Source: Octopus vulgaris
Lineage: Eukaryota
Direction: 5' to 3'
DNA: 64,000 nucleotides
Assembly (NCBI GenBank): GCA_951406725.2
Contig: OX597815.1
Coordinates: 12,028,001-12,092,000, forward strand
A program made the position numbers and the translations under genes. Shown piece by piece: positions 41,791 through 55,045 of this stretch. Numbering within the stretch: the stretch's first letter is position 1; each line of letters opens with the position of its first letter. The notes under the pieces were generated by a model, which ran no database searches, was not told the origin of the DNA, and saw only the letters and a list, made by a program, of their open reading frames with translations.

Positions 41791-43233
41791 ACATTTTGCA
41801 TTTTGCAAAATGTTAAATACTTTTTGCTTCTCCTGTAAGTGAAGTCTCATTTCTTCATCATTACGTAACCGCAACTTGAGTGTACACTCAACCTGCACTT
41901 CAATTCGATACGTTTAAAGTTCGATTATCTGCTATTAAATACCTCTGAACTCTGAATCCTCCTTCGCATCCACTCGGCTGTCGACACATTTCAGACTTGA
42001 GATTGAACGGACAGAAAAGATTTTTGCTACATAGTAAATATATAATTACATTTTAAAGATAAAGTTAATAGACAGGCTATTTATAAAATTAGAACGGCAT
42101 ATTAGATATATAAATGTTCAGACCAGTAGGTTACTTGAGGAATAAAAGGCCTGTTTTGGTGGCAATAATAATTATTTGCTGTCCAAAGATTAAAACAGTA
42201 CGTTTTACAGATAATAATTATAATCTACAGATAATAATTATAATCGATTGAGATCCGATTGGATTTTAATGATGTAAATTCGCAGAAACTGTTAGCTACA
42301 GATATGTATATCAAGATTAAAGTCTGGATTACTGAACAGTCGAACGTAATACTACAAACCGCTGCAAATATTTGATGTTAATATACTATTTGAAGGTTCT
42401 TTCGATTTGTATTCGGAATTTTCGAAAGTGTACGCATTACTGTACTTAAACATATATTATTACCTATCATATTTCATGTACTTGTATACATACGTGTATG
42501 TAAATGTACTAACGGAATGTTTACGATTCTCCATATATAAGTAAACAACAAAACACCCGGAATACACTCAGAGACCGCAGCTAAAAATTGCATTTTCCTA
42601 AAAGTACTGGACTAGCACACTTATTGAACGTATCTCAAAATAAACATATAAACAACTAATATTAACTAAACGCGGCAAAATGGAACATCTATTATATTTA
42701 CGTGGTTTCATATTTATTAAGAAGTGTAAAATTGCAACGTACCAGCAGAGAAAGCTTAGGAATAAAATAATTAAAAAAAAAGGGAAGAAATGATTCTGTA
42801 AAAACCCATAACTGCGATTTGAGTATCTAATGGAATGGTTCCATTTGCTCTTGATGATAGGTACAAGCAGCAGCTTGAAGATAATGGTTGTGATGAAAAA
42901 TATATATAACATGAAATAAAAAACACGCCAAAAGATATTTGTTATAGTTGTAACACAATGAATATATGAAGGGATGTAACGCAAATCATGGTTGGCCGCA
43001 AGGAACCTCACAAAAAGTAGTTAGCATCCTTCATTTTTTTGCAGCAAGATATATCAGTGTGGCAAAAAAATCGTTATCGTATCATTACATATACACACAA
43101 ACACACGGACACACACATAAACATACTCACATACTTTCACGCACATAAACACATACCTATATATACATGAGTGTATGTATCTGTGTATATTACGTTGAGT
43201 ATGATGGAGTCTGTGTGTATATGTGTATGTGTG

Positions 43234-43354
43234 AATGTTTGCAAGTAATTTTACGAAGAAATTGTGTAGTTAATACATTTTATATATGTAGTAAGTATGT
43301 ATATGAATACACACACGCACACCCACGCAAGCCGGCACTCTCACACACACATTA

Positions 43355-43392
<38 letters not shown>

Positions 43393-44103
43393 TATTATAC
43401 TTACATACATTGGAAGCTATGCCAACATTATGGAATAACAACAGAAAAAAGATGGTATAGGCACACACCAGAAAAGGTCACAGAAAACGAGAAAGCAACC
43501 ATACTCTGGGATATGCCGATACACACAGATAGAGAAATTAAGGCCAACAGACCAGATATAGTTGTCAGAGACCATGAAGAAAAAAATGCTTTCTAATTGA
43601 TGTATCAGTACCGGCAGATGACAACGTGTCTCTAAAAGAAATGGAGAAACTCTCAAAATACAAAGACCTGGAAATAGAGGTAACTAGAATGTGGAATCTG
43701 AAAACAGAAACAATTCCTATCATAGTAGGTGCATTAGGCATGATAAAAAAATATTCAGACAAATACATAACAAAAACACCAGGACTTACAAACACATATA
43801 ACATACAGAAAATTGCACTACTGGGCACTGCACACATCCTACGCAGAACACTTTCCATACAATAACCATCAGAGCATCACAACAAATCACAGCACATACC
43901 CAAGGCACACAGAGCTGCGCTCGGTAGTGAAGTGAAAGCACGCTATAAAAATAAAAATAAAACTACTGAATAATAATAATAATAATAATGTGTGTGTGAG
44001 AGTGCCCGCTTGCGTGGGTGTGCGTGTGTGTATTCATATACATACTTACTACATATATAAAATGTATTAACTACACAATTTCTTCGTAAAATTACTTGCA
44101 AAC

Positions 44104-44106
<3 letters not shown>
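43234..44106. repeat. ~140-160 bp inverted repeats enclosing a LINE fragment
   Basis: 43234-43397 is the near-exact reverse complement of 43969-44106. Confidence 0.92.
43400..43970 (+). mobile_element. 5'-truncated R4/Dong-like LINE (restriction-like endonuclease domain + 3' UTR)
   Basis: YIHWKLC...ILWDMPIHTDREIKANRPDIVV...FLIDVSVP...EKLSKYKDL...IPIIVGALG...QKIALLGTAHILRRTL. One frameshift in an A-run near 43585. Ends in (TAA)n, the known Dong target type. Confidence 0.92.
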
Positions 44107-44143
<37 letters not shown>

Positions 44144-44988
44144 CATATATACATACATATATATAAATATATATATATGCATACATAAACTCGCTATTGT
44201 AATGCTGCCAAAAGGTGGAAAGGGTCACACTTCATTCCATCTTGTTTTAGGAATCTAAATGTAAGCCCACGCATGTGTGTAGGTTTATATATGTAGTTAT
44301 ATATATATATATATATATATATACATACGCACGCACACGCACACACACACACACACACACACTCATATATATATATATTTATATATATATATATGTATGT
44401 ATGCATTTATATAATATATGTAAAAGAATATGCATAAATATACTTTATATTACCTTATTAAACGTCAATCTGAAGACTACTGAATATTACTTCTGAAACT
44501 GAATACAACTTCAGCTATGGTAGAATTGGTATTCAGTGCTCAATACTGATGGTAGATGTAGCAGATTTAAGTTTGACACCAATATCGTTGGTTCCTATTC
44601 ATTGCACACTCCGTCCTTTCATACATCTTTAACACGGCTAACTGCTCTGCTAGTATACTAAAAGTACATATACATTTGCTACCGATACGACCTCGTATGA
44701 TCATATAATAGCGATCACAGAAAAAAAGACCCAGTTTTTCTATATCTGCTGATTCGTTTATTATATATTATCATAAGAGATACGTTCACAAATCTTTTGA
44801 TTCCAACTTACCCCAATTTTCCCCAAACACGCGAATATATATTTTAATTTCTACATTTGTTTGGAAACAATTGGCTGTCAGAGAAAGAACAAATAGGAAA
44901 TGGGAAATGGGAAAAGTAATGAAAACGTAATAGAATACAACATAAATACATATATACATATACATGTATACATACATACATACATACA

Positions 44989-45022
<34 letters not shown>

Positions 45023-45179
45023 CATACATACATGCATATATACATGCATGCACACATACATACATACATGCATGCATACATACATACGTACGTATATACA
45101 TACATACACACAGACAGGCACGTTTTCTTACCTAAATATCAGGGCCTGCAACAGCTAAATATACCATTATAACCCATAA

Positions 45180-46720
45180 TTTTTTGTGGATAATCCGAGG
45201 ATCTATGCTAAATGCTAACCCTAACCCTAACCCTTACAATGCCAAAAAGAGATGGAGCTAAAGTTCTAAGTTGAGGTGGGAAAGAATTTTGACTATAAGA
45301 ATTGTTCGTATTAGTTCCTTGGACGTGTAATATCGGTCCCCAAGCGCAGACGTATAACAATATCATTGTCTCTCCACTTTAAAGAAATAGTGATAGGAAT
45401 ACCTAGTCACAAATGACAATATATAATACGGAGATGCAAATAAAGATAGAATGATCCAAGTATATTAGGTCAGATTTAGTAAAATATGGCAGTTAGTACT
45501 CTCTTAAAACAAGCGGATAACCCACAATGCGTTTAATGCGCCAGTGCTTGCACCGATCTTTGGAAATATGCACTGGTCTGTAGGAGAAAGCCCATTTGTA
45601 GAAATTAAGACACGCAAGATCCCGAAATTAGTTGGAGACTTACACAGAAACAGTAAGAGACAAAGGTTATATTTAGATATGGCGAAAGAGGTAGAAACTT
45701 GAAATTAGTCTTCTTGTGTCATATAATATCTCACACAATGCCGCTAAACACTAGCAACAGCAATGAATTTTGAAAGCAAGTGCAGAAGAGTGACATAAAT
45801 ACATCAAACCAGTTTGCTGTTAGCTCTCAAGAAAGGACTCTATTCCCGATGACCACACAACCCTAAAACTACTTAACTAACAATCTTCAACTTAGACCTC
45901 AATCTCAAAAGTTCATCATACTAATCAAACAGAAAAAAAAAATTATATAGGAAATATTTGCATCGATATACTGTTCGAAGAATTGGGGACGATACTAATA
46001 TTGACATGAAGTGCAATTTTTCTTTAACTTATATTGCACATGAGGGTTATGATTTTTCAATCCAAGCGAAGGAATTGGCTATAAAATATCTAAAGAAAAA
46101 AGAGATTGTGCCCCTGTGGGAACGCCAAGAAGCAACTGAAAAAGCCGGGCGTATCATATTTGTGTTGAACACATCACACGTGTTAGGTGTTCCGCAGATG
46201 CCCCAAAATATCGTCAAGATGCTAGCGGCCAAACAGACATGACATTTGTGCTAAAACAATATACAATGCTATTCGTAAGAAAGACAGTCTTCAGATAAAT
46301 ATAGGGAATTCACCTGTTTTGATTTTACTAAATAAACAACCATACAAGGAACAATGATAGGATATCACAACTTTTACCATTGCAATCTTCATGGGACATA
46401 TATGGTTGTTTGGTAATGACAAGATAATGCATATATCCTCACGCATGTTAGTTGCTCTGCAAATGTAGAATAACTACGGGTTCCTGCTTGAAGCCTTAAG
46501 CTTCTATATTCATATTATAACTTTATATTTATCTGAATAATAATTGGTGCTGTTGGTTTTGACAGTAAAGGCTGAAGTGATAATCTGAGTAAGTTTTATG
46601 AAAAGAAAAAAAAATCAACAAAAATACGCACGTGATAAAGACAGTATTTACATGGAACTGCAAAAACATGCAAGACCTTTGTCAAGTTCAACATGTAACA
46701 TTGGTTTTTGTTACCTACAT
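45180..46720 (+). mobile_element. Old, highly degenerate R4-like (RLE) LINE
   Basis: Remnant motifs FVDNPRIYAK (from FVDDLKLYA), KYLGQI, NAFNAPVL, RHDICAKTIYNAI and IIIGAVG. Parallels 60155-62080. Confidence 0.65.
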
Positions 46721-46796
46721 TCTAATGATGGCGTTTTGCATCTTTATTGAAAACAAGTTTCTTCGCTACAGGAAGAATTTGATACATGCAAACATT

Positions 46797-46905
<109 letters not shown>

Positions 46906-47003
46906 AAGGAGATGTCGAACACGAGTGGTGATATATAAAAAAGGAAATGAAGAAAATGCTGACAAATAATTGAAGTAATTTAAGTAATTTAATTAGGTGA
47001 AAG

Positions 47004-47047
47004 TTATTTTTACCGGTTGCGCATTTGTTATGCTTATCAAAATATAA
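47004..47047 (-). ncRNA. Minimal hammerhead-like motif with U3-A8 and A13C core changes
   Basis: Minus strand: ttatatt TTGATAA GCAT aacaa ATGC GCAA ccgg TA aaaataa. Perfect 4 bp stem II, palindromic ACCGGU stem III, stem I 6 of 7 pairs. Lies in a ~200 bp insert between (TA)n tracts. Confidence 0.55.
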
Positions 47048-47096
47048 AAAGAGAGATTAGAGTTCCTTTCTTATAGAATTTTTCCTCTTATCTGAC

Positions 47097-47176
<80 letters not shown>

Positions 47177-47217
47177 TACATATATACATATACATATATA
47201 TATATATGTATATATAT

Positions 47218-47249
<32 letters not shown>

Positions 47250-47666
47250 TTCTATATATATGTATATAGTAATATATGTGTGTTTGTGTATGTATATACA
47301 CAGATAAATAGGCTAACGGCGTTTTATACAGCCCACGTAAGGCTAATGTCATTCCACGCCATGCGCAACTTTTAATGATAATATAAAAATGATATGAATG
47401 GGATGTTCTAACATTACTCTGTTAAGCCAAGAGTATCAAATCTGACACATCATGTAACCTTATAATACTTCACGGTAATCTCCTAATCTTTAATCTTTTC
47501 GTTCCGACATGATCAAACGCAAATTAAATATGAACAGCTAAAAATATTAATGGCAATATTTGAAATATATATGTTCACCACAGATCAATCTGACCGAAAA
47601 TTTAAAACTCAATATAATCAGAACTTTAAAAGGTTTTAATATTACCTCTATAAGTTGTTGTTGTTG

Positions 47667-47772
<106 letters not shown>

Positions 47773-48003
47773 TATTATTGTTATTATTAATGTTGTTGTT
47801 ATTGCTGTTGATGTTGTGATTCTTCTTCTTATTGATATCATAAAAAAATTTGATCATACCTTCAACTTATATTTATATATCGAATTCACACAAACACCCG
47901 GGTACACACGCATACACTCACAGATGAATTTGTATACATGAGCGTCTGTATATATATATATATTTATATGCATGTGTGTGTATGTATGTATATATAAATG
48001 AAA

Positions 48004-48066
<63 letters not shown>

Positions 48067-48936
48067 ATATATGCTTACTCATATACATGTGTATGTGTGA
48101 GTATTCTGTCTAATATATATTTATGTATCAATGCAGCACTACAGTTATCTATCAAATTTAAATTATATATATTTACATATCTATATATTTAAATGTCTAA
48201 TTTATATCTATATATCTAAATATCCCAACATCAATAATATCGGATTCCATTGAAAATAATGAATGGCAGAGCAACATTTAAATATTTTATCTTACGACTT
48301 ATTTTCCTGTTTCTATGCTGAAAGATTTCCATTTTATAGAAACATATTAAGGATGAAGGAAATTGCATACTAAAATTTTCTTCCAAAATTTCCATTGCCA
48401 ATTTATTCATTCATGTCGCCTTCTAATAACCCCACGTATTTTGTTTCACTGTAAGTTGTGGTTGTCTGATATTATTGAAATGTTGAGAAGTGATCTAACC
48501 CAGCAGTTTTCTGAAGAAGTTCAGCATTTCAAATCTCTTTTGAAAAGAAGCCCTTTTTACATTGCATTCGAATAATGTTGCTATTTCCTTTAAAGTCACG
48601 ATACAGGAGATTCTGTTCATTCAATTAACTTATGAATTCCTATCAATAAATTCAGGTAACAATGACATAATATATGAGGGGAAAAATCACAACCATGTGT
48701 GTATATATATATATATGTATATACACACATGTATATATGTGTGTATGTATGTATGCTTCTATATGTATGGACATATATTTGTGGGTATATGTGTGAGTAT
48801 GTAATGTGTGAATACGTGTCTACATTTGTATTTACACATGCATCCACATACTAGGACACGGGAATGCAGATCCACATATCTATTTTCCAAGTATTAATCA
48901 TTCATTCACACGTTCTTTCTTTTTTGATATACGCCT

Positions 48937-48975
<39 letters not shown>

Positions 48976-49075
48976 TGTGTGGTCATATCCATGTGTATAT
49001 ATAGACATACGCATATACAAATATACGTATACACATGTAAGTACATATTTGTATTAACTGTTTGTATACATGTGA

Positions 49076-49130
<55 letters not shown>

Positions 49131-49180
49131 TATATACATATATATATGCATATTTATGTATATATATATATGCGTACATA

Positions 49181-49243
<63 letters not shown>

Positions 49244-49594
49244 TTTTAGTGTATATTTTTGTGCGTAGCTTGAATCAAGATTTATGGTTGTTTATTTGGG
49301 TTAATATATTAAATATACTGATATCAATATAGCATTACGTTAACATTTTATTATCTGTGTCATTTAATACATTCGTTATTATCGTTAATTCTAAAATGTC
49401 TAAGCACAAATTGATATTCATTGGGCTCCCTTCTTAACTATGTTTGAGATGCAGTTAGAAACCTACATTTTGCTAGGTTTACCCTGCATAATTAGACATA
49501 GATGAAAAGCGGAAGTTATTCCATATGCATTTTTATACGTACATTTTTCTATCTGTTTATCTATTTATCTATCTATCCATCTATCTATCTACCA

Positions 49595-49628
<34 letters not shown>

Positions 49629-49646
49629 ATATATAGATATAGATAT

Positions 49647-49709
<63 letters not shown>

Positions 49710-49722
49710 AATGTATATCTTT

Positions 49723-49765
<43 letters not shown>

Positions 49766-49766
<1 letters not shown>

Positions 49767-50996
49767 TGGTGTTGGACAACATAATGAAAACACCTAGCAT
49801 CATAGCGTCATAAATTTGAAATGTATATAAAACTGTCAAAAGCTTCTTTATTTAATTTTTTTTTATTAATGTTACTTTATATGTTTTGCCAAAATTGTTG
49901 TTTCTTTTCAGTTATCATCAGAGAAAGGTAATGAAAATTCATTAAAATGACAGATATATCGGGCTCGTATGGCAGTTGTCAACTTTACGAATACAGCCAA
50001 ACTATTTTGTGTATTAGGAAGTACTGTCTCGATAGTAAAGACAGCTTTGAAAAAGAGGGAAAACCTCCTCGACGAAACAAAGCTCCGGAAGAAAACCAAA
50101 ACATTGAGCGAGGGACCGTCGGTCTCTTACACGAATTGTTAGAAAGGATTTAAAAAATACAGCTCCCCAAATTACTGCAGAACTCAATGTCCACCACGAG
50201 AACCTAATTTCTATAAAAACTGTTCGCCGGGAGCTACACAAAGCCAGATTTCACGGGATCGCTGCCATTAGAAAACCACTACTTTCAAAAACAAAGGTTG
50301 CAAATCATTTAGAGTAGGGTAAAAACCTACAAACTTGGTCCCTAGAGCGGTGGAAGAATGTTAGTTTCTCAGACGAGTCAACTTTTACCTTATTTTCGAC
50401 CACCGGCCGAGTATACTTGTGGAGACAACCAAAAAAAGCATTTGACCCAGACTGCCTTCTTCCAACTGTTAAACAAGGAGGAAGATCTGTGATTATCTAG
50501 GGGACTATATCTTGACAATCCGGCGTATCAATGGTTTCCCTTAATGGTAGAATTAATAGTAAAGACTTTAAGCATTTTATCGGAACACATCCATCCTGTT
50601 TGCCGAACTGTTGCTGGGGGGAAACGCAATCTTTCAGAATGATAATGCACCAATTCACGCAGATAAATTTGTTACTGAATGGCATGAGGAATATTCTAGT
50701 GAAGTAAAACATCTTTTCTGGACACAACAATACCCAGATCTCAATATTGTTGAACATTTATACTGCATTTTAGAAAAACAAGCAAGGATTTGATATCCTC
50801 CGCCAACATCACTACAAGAACTGGAGACTGCTTTACCTGAAGTATGGACAAAAATTCCATTGGAAACAATTCGAACTTTGTACGAGTCCATACCTCGTAG
50901 AATTCAAGCTGTAATTACTGCCAAATGCGGTCCTACTCCATATTAAAATAAATTTTTGAAATTTTAAGGTGTTTCCATTACTTTGTCCAACCCCTG
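49766..50996 (+). mobile_element. Near-full-length Tc1 (DD34E-type) transposon, inactivated
   Basis: ~30 bp imperfect TIRs (ctggtgttggacaacataatgaaaacacct / aggtgtttccattactttgtccaacccctg) next to TA. Catalytic motifs FSDES, FQNDNAPIH and PDLNIVEHL are present, with stops and frameshifts. Confidence 0.93.
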
Positions 50997-51343
50997 TATA
51001 TACTTACATACATGTATAAATACATACATAAATACGTGTGTCTGTGCATGCCTGTGTGTGTGTGTTTGTGGTAGTGTGTATGTGTGTGTATGTGTGTGTG
51101 TGTCTGCGTATACTGATACATATTTTGATACATATTGTAAGATATTGTCTCGTTCGCTTAAAACTTCTAATCCGACATTTATGCAGTTTCCGTCACTTTT
51201 AACCGAGATTCTTTTTCTGGTTTACATATTATAAAGGCTATGAAGAAATAGATTACATTTATGGAAAGAATGAAAACGTATTAATAGTTTTGCAATAGTA
51301 GAAGTCCATATCATGTAGGACAAGATATGTAAGACGTAGGACA

Positions 51344-51514
51344 AGATACTGCGGTAGCCCTGGCTTCAGAGGTCCACAGCTCTTCAATATCCTCCCGAAG
51401 GACCTGAGAGACCTGCATGGGGTGGATGCAGATGTCGTTAAAATAAAGCTGGATCTCCTCTTGTCAGGTGTCCCAGACGAACCAACTTCACGGTAGGAGG
51501 TGCAGATGAGGGCA
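51344..51514 (+). mobile_element. Second partial copy of the adjacent CR1/L2-like LINE end
   Basis: Closely similar to ~51865-52036. Confidence 0.88.
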
Positions 51515-51606
51515 TATATATATATATGTATGTATATATATATATATATGTATGTATATATGTATATACATATATATATACATATATATTCATATATATA
51601 TACATA

Positions 51607-51651
<45 letters not shown>

Positions 51652-51653
<2 letters not shown>

Positions 51654-52168
51654 CCTCTGTGCAGCATATAAGCTATTGGGAAAGACTCAAGAGATTAAGA
51701 CTCTATTCTTTAGAGCTTAGGCGAGAAGGATATGCCATAATATGCATCTGGAAGATCCTGGAAGGACTCGTCCAAAGCTTTGGCATCGAGAGTTACACAA
51801 ATACTAGAGCTGGGCGCCACTGCATAGTGCCAAGGACTCCAAATTTGCTATCAAGATGTAAGAGAAGATACTGTGATAGCCTAGGCTTCAGAGGTCCACA
51901 GCTCTTCAATATCCTCCCGAAGGACCTGAGAGACCTGCATGGGGTGGATGCAGATTTCTTTAAAATAAAACTGGATCTCCTCCTGTCAGGTGTCCCAGAT
52001 GAAACCAACTTCACGGCAGGAGGTGCAGATGAGGGCAGCTGCATCGAACTCTCTCATGCACCAAGTGTCAATTGTTAAAAAAGCATTCGTGAAGTAAAAT
52101 CATGTAGCAACACCTTTTGGCGGTGCCCCCAGCATGGCCACAGCTCGTGAGCTGAAACTAGATGAAAT
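51652..52168 (+). mobile_element. 3' end of a CR1/L2-like LINE (ORF2 C-terminus + 3' UTR)
   Basis: [18 protein letters not shown]...IWKILEG...[13 protein letters not shown]...[15 protein letters not shown]. Tail ggcggtgcccccagcatggccacagctcgtgagctgaaac. Confidence 0.85.
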
Positions 52169-52357
52169 GATTAGACATTTGATAGTTTACAGGCAAATAT
52201 GTGACCTCTGATAAGTTAAAACAAAATTGCCGGTTTCATGACACAATGCTTAATTTGTGGACTGATCGCACAGTGTTATTTTTTAACGAATTATGGTAAT
52301 TCCTACCTATTCCGTGGAATTCAATGTGCTCATTGTTTTTGCCTACACGAACATATC

Positions 52358-53665
52358 CATGTATGTATGTATGTATGCATGCATGCATGTATGTATGTAT
52401 GTATGTATGTATGTATGTATGTATGTATGTATGTATGTATGTATGTATGTGTGTGTATGTATGTATGTATGTATGCATGCATGCATGTATGTATGTATGT
52501 ATGTATGTATGTATGTATGTATGTATGTATGTGTGTATGTATGTATGCATGTATGTTTGTATGTATGTATGTATGCATGCATGCATGTATGTATGTGTGT
52601 ATGTATGTATGTATGTACGTATGTATGTATGCATGTTTGTATGTATGTATGTATGTATGTGTGTGTATGTATGTATGTATGTATGTATGTATGTATGTAT
52701 GCATGCATGTATGTATGTATGTTTGTATGTGTGTATGTATGTATGTATGTATGTATGTGTGTATGTATGTATGTATGTATGCATGTATGTATGTATGTAT
52801 GTATGTATGTATGCATGCATGTATGTATGTATGTATGTATGTATGTATGTTTGTATGTATGTATGTATGTATGCATGCATGCATGTATGTATGTATGTAT
52901 GCATGTTTGTATGTATGTATGTATGTATGTATGTGTGTGTATGTATGTATGTATGTATGTATGCATGCATGTATGTATGTATGTATATATGTCTGTATGT
53001 ATGTATGTATGTACGTGTGTATGTTTGTATGTATGTATGTATGTATGCATGCATGTATGTATGTGTGTATGTATGTATGCATGTATGTTTGTATGTATGT
53101 ATGTTTGTATGTATGTATGTATGTATGTATGTATGTATGTGTGTATGTATGTATGTATGTATGTATGCATGTTTGTATGTATGTATGTATGTATGTTTGT
53201 ATGTGTGTATGTATGTATGTATGTATGTATGTATGTATGTATGTATGTGTGTATGTATGTATGTATGTATGTATGTATGCATGTTTGTATGTATGTATGT
53301 ATGTATGTATGTATTTGTGTGTGTATGTATGTATGTGTGTATGTATGTATGTATGTATGTGCATGTATGTATGTATGTATATATGTGTGCATGTATGTAT
53401 GTATGTATGTATGTACGTGTGTATGTTTGTAGGTATGTATGTATGTATGCATGCATGTATGTATGTGTGTATGTATGTATGCATGTATGCATGTATGTAT
53501 GTATGTATGTATGTATGTATGTGTGTATGTATGTATGTATGTATGTACGTATGTATGCATGTTTGTATGTATGTATGTATGTATGTATGTAGGTATGTGT
53601 GTATGTATGTATGTATGTATGTATGTATGTATGTATGTATGTATGTATGCATGCATGTATGCATG

Positions 53666-53699
<34 letters not shown>

Positions 53700-53720
53700 T
53701 GTATGTATGTATGTATGTAT
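52358..53720. repeat. 1.36 kb compound (TATG)n satellite
   Basis: Seen directly. It is the source of the 379-516 aa ORFs here. Confidence 0.97.
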
Positions 53721-53750
53721 AGAAATGAGTAGTTTCAAAATTGTAAAATC

Positions 53751-54030
53751 AAAACTATTGCAGGTTGGAAGGTGTTTATAAGCCATTTAAGAAACATACA
53801 AAAACCGTTAGATTCACTTCAACATTTAAATTTAATTTGTCAAAATATTTTCGTCGATTTGAGACCGCGACCTGTTCACTGACAAAATTCCGTGCTGCAT
53901 CGCGGAATTTTGTCAGTCTCAAAGCGACGAAAATATTTTGACAAATTAAATTTAAATGTTGAAGTCAGTCTAATGGATTTTGTGTGTTTCTTAAATGGCT
54001 TATAAACAACTTCCACGCTGCAATTGTTTT
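53751..54030. repeat. 280 bp imperfect palindrome containing a hammerhead
   Basis: 53751-53892 versus 53903-54030. The right arm lacks ~14 nt (tgaacaggtcgcgg). Confidence 0.92.
53834..53889 (-). ncRNA. Minimal type-I hammerhead with swapped G3-C8 core pair
   Basis: Minus strand: aattttgtca GTGAACA g GTCG cggtctcaaat CGAC GAAA atat TT tgacaaatt. Stem I is 7 bp (tttgtca/tgacaaa) and stem III is the palindromic AAUAUU. Confidence 0.65.
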
Positions 54031-54654
54031 CGTTCCAGTATACGATTTCAGATCAGGTCACTTGCTATGCAAGTACATCCTCGCATAATCAAAACATTAC
54101 TATATATATTCAATCACAGTTTAGTCAACTTTAAAATGAAATATGAGTATAAATATAATTACTTAATCAACTGATGCTTGACACTAAAGTCTTATTTACA
54201 TTAAACTTAATGAAAAGAAATTGTCACGAGTCAAGATTTACGATGTAAAATGTAACAAGGCATTTCCAATTGAACATGCTAGAACATCAAAAGTTCATCA
54301 TCCCGTCCTTTCTGTACTTCTTGATCATCGTTAAATGCGTAACTGGTTCTTTACATTTTATCAGTTTTATATATGAGTAAAGTATTGCTTGCACTCCGCT
54401 CAATGCGTTTCATTTATTGATGAACAAGGCAATGTGGTTGAACCGCAATTTAGTGTTACTTTGAAGAAGGGATTGATAAGATGTTATGTTTGTCAACGTT
54501 TAAAATTCTGAAACTTGAGCGTGTCGGCCCGGAAGATGTACTAGAAGGAAATTGATGTCACCCCCTACAAGCACTGCCAGGTCATTTCAGAATATCGAAG
54601 AGTAAAATTAATGTAAAATGTTTGTGTTTTCGTTCGCCTGAGCATTAAATATAT

Positions 54655-55045
54655 CTCAAGGAGGAAGCACTCCGTCGGTTACGACGATGAGGGTTCCGGT
54701 TGATCCGAATCAACGGAACAGCCTGCTCGTGAAATTAACGTGTAAGTGGCTGAGCACTCCACAGACACGTGTACCCTTAACGTAGTTCTCGGGGATATTC
54801 AGCGTGACACAGAGAGTGACAAGGCCGGCCCTTTCAAATACACGTACAACAGAAACAGGAAGTAAGAGTGAGAGAAAGTTGTGGTGAAAGAGTACAGCAG
54901 GGATCACCACCATCCCCTGCCGGAGCCTCGTGGAGCTTTAGGTGTTTTCGCTCAATAAACACTCACAACGCCCGGTCTGGGAATCGAAACCGCGATCCTA
55001 TGACCGCGAGTCTGCTGCCCTAACCACTGGGCCACTGGGCCTCCA
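54655..55045 (-). mobile_element. tRNA-derived SINE (head D + family C tail) with 12 bp TSD
   Basis: The head matches 60963-61140 and the tail matches 31890-32063. TSD cattaaatatat at 54643-54654 and 55046-55057. Confidence 0.92.

Noticed and set aside
52236-53786. ORFs of 379-516 aa on both strands
   Set aside because: (TATG)n lacks stop codons in most frames, so these are a microsatellite artefact.
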